Positions 39,911-41,701 of a DNA stretch of 41,701 bases are shown one piece after another. The DNA comes from a virus (taxonomy: Duplodnaviria; Caudoviricetes). A model generated the notes under the pieces. That model was not told where the DNA came from, searched no databases, and saw only the letters and a list, made by a program, of their open reading frames with translations. Made by a program: the position numbers and the translations under genes. The stretch's first letter is position 1. The number at the start of each line of letters is the position of its first letter. The stretch is from IMG/VR virus record IMGVR_UViG_3300023283_000070, positions 1-41,701 of that record. The stretch is one strand, 5' to 3'.

Positions 39911-41701
39911 GTGCCGACGATCCAAGAGCTCAAAAGTCGCATCGACCTGCACGACCTGGCGGAGCGCCTCGGTCTCGAGCGTCCGGGCGGCACCGGCAAC
40001 TACCGCAGCCCGCACCACGACGACACGAACCCGAGCCTGTCCATCTACGACGACGGTCGGCGCTGGAAGGACCACAGCGCCGACCGCGGCGGCGACTGCC
40101 TGGACCTGGTCAAGTTCGTCACCGGCTGCGACACGGGAGAGGCCGTGCGTCGCCTCCACGAGCTCTACGGATGGGAGCAGGAGCGCCCGGCCGAGCGCGG
40201 GGCACCGCGACGCCGGAGCCGGGAGGAGTACATCGCGGACCAGTGCCTGGCCCAAGCCGAGCTCGCGGTGGAGTACCTCGTGGAGCAGCGGGCGATCCCG
40301 GAGGACGTTGTGCGTGCGGCCATCAAGGCCCGCGCGGTCGGCTTCAACACCTGGACGAGCGACCGCGTACCCGCAGGCGAGCGGCAGCACGGCGGCCCGG
40401 CCGTCGCCTTCGTCGTCACGACCCTGAATCCTGGGCAGATCGTCGCCGTCGACATGCGCTTCGTCGACCCTGAGCTCAATGGAGGGCTCAAGACGCAGAC
40501 GCACGGGGAGAAGGGCTACCCGTGGTTCTCGAGCCTGAGACGGCTCGAGCGCGCCGACGAGGTCTACATCGTCGAGTCGCCGATCAACGCGCTCTCGGTC
40601 GAGGCGGCACTCCGGGGGCGCGCGGCGGCGCTGGCGACTCGGGGGCTCGCTGTCGACGCGCTCGATCTTGCCTTCCTGCGTGCTAAGCGGGTGGTGATCT
40701 GCATGGACGCCGACTCGCCCCTCGAGCAGGGGCCCGACGCCGGCCGACGCCCGGGGCCCGAGGCCGCCTGGCGCCTCCACGAGCTGCTCACGGCGCTGAA
40801 CGTGTCGGCGCTGATGGTCGACCAGCTCGACTGGGAGGAGCACGGCTGGAACGACGTGAACGACGTCCTGCGCCAGGCCGGCGTCGATGAGCTCGCCGTC
40901 CAGCTCCGGCAGCTTGAGCCGTGGGCCATCCCGGGTCTGCCGGGCAAGATGGCGCCGGGCCGCGCGCGGATCTACCTGCCGCGGCACGACTTCTCGCAGT
41001 ACTGGCGCTTCCGGTGCAAGCCGGACTTCACGAGCTGGGTCAAGAGCCGCGAGGACGAGGAGGGCGGCGAGAAGCTCTCCTACGAGGACGTGTGCGGCTT
41101 CCGCCTGGCCTCGCTGTCACGCGTGACCGTGGCGAGCTACACGTCCACCATGACCGGCGACGTCGACCACCAGCCGCGGGTGCTGTTCGCCGCGAGCGTC
41201 CAGGTGCCTCGACACGGGCCGGTGCTACAGCGGCGCGTGTTCTCCGACGACGAGCTCCACAACCTGGACCGCTGGCGCAAGTTCGGCCCCATCTTCAAGC
41301 CGGCGGCCTTCTCTCGGCTCCTGACCATCCTCGAGCGGTCGGCCGACCTGGGCGCGCGCGACGCGACCAACTTCGTCGGACTCGCCTGGCGTAAGGGGCG
41401 CCCGGTGGTGAACGAGGGGCCGGACTGCTACTTCACCGATCCGGAGAAGCAGTGCCCCTACCACAACCTGATCTTCCCGCAGGGCACGCCCGAGGACGCG
41501 CACGCGGTCATCGAGGCGTACCAGGGCACCTTCGCCGCGAACGCGGCGACGTTGCTGCTCACGTGGGCCCTGGGCGCCCATCTCAAAGCCTTCCTCGGCT
41601 TCTGGCCCCACATGACGCTGCAGGCCGACAAGGGGGCCGGGAAGTCCACGCTGGTGAAGCGCCTCGAGCGCACCGTCGCGTTCACGATGTTCTCCGGGGA
41701 G
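39911..41701 (+). CDS. DNA primase (TOPRIM)/helicase, N-terminal part; continues through the junction to 1060
   Basis: GTG 39911: MPTIQELKSRIDLHDLAERLG..YRSPHHDDTNPSLSIY (CHC2-like region), TOPRIM VYIVES and ICMDAD; open to the window end. Confidence 0.88.
   Translation, partial: MPTIQELKSRIDLHDLAERLGLERPGGTGNYRSPHHDDTNPSLSIYDDGRRWKDHSADRGGDCLDLVKFVTGCDTGEAVRRLHELYGWEQERPAERGAPRRRSREEYIADQCLAQAELAVEYLVEQRAIPEDVVRAAIKARAVGFNTWTSDRVPAGERQHGGPAVAFVVTTLNPGQIVAVDMRFVDPELNGGLKTQTHGEKGYPWFSSLRRLERADEVYIVESPINALSVEAALRGRAAALATRGLAVDALDLAFLRAKRVVICMDADSPLEQGPDAGRRPGPEAAWRLHELLTALNVSALMVDQLDWEEHGWNDVNDVLRQAGVDELAVQLRQLEPWAIPGLPGKMAPGRARIYLPRHDFSQYWRFRCKPDFTSWVKSREDEEGGEKLSYEDVCGFRLASLSRVTVASYTSTMTGDVDHQPRVLFAASVQVPRHGPVLQRRVFSDDELHNLDRWRKFGPIFKPAAFSRLLTILERSADLGARDATNFVGLAWRKGRPVVNEGPDCYFTDPEKQCPYHNLIFPQGTPEDAHAVIEAYQGTFAANAATLLLTWALGAHLKAFLGFWPHMTLQADKGAGKSTLVKRLERTVAFTMFSGE
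41575..41701. repeat. Terminal direct repeat, right copy
   Basis: Identical to 1-127. Confidence 0.97.

Overview
Apparently complete, circularly assembled temperate siphovirus-like phage genome. It is 41,574 bp unique: bases 1-127 are repeated exactly at 41575-41701. It is GC-rich (about 70% by eye), and its gene families suggest a proteobacterial host. Almost all genes are on the + strand. Order: primase/helicase (spans the contig junction and is missed by the ORF track), iteron-bearing origin, XerC-like tyrosine recombinase, large serine integrase with a probable attP in its own 3' end, terS, terL, portal, a 1368-aa MuF protein with kinase-like and ADP-ribosyltransferase-like domains followed by two small genes, Com-like Zn finger, protease-scaffold-capsid polyprotein with an embedded HTH, lysis genes, a fibre cluster, head-tail joining genes, imm (minus strand), non-contractile tail, repressor (minus strand), Arc-like and CII genes, and early genes including a tRNA-like RNA and a second, catalytic-domain-only tyrosine recombinase. 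The strongest candidate for an undescribed system is the virion-packaged MuF-kinase-ART effector with its two downstream partner genes. Other notable signals are three recombinases, twin structured late leaders next to a Com-like gene, an HTH inside the capsid polyprotein and a probable +1 tail-chaperone frameshift. All family assignments are motif recognition by eye; no searches were run.
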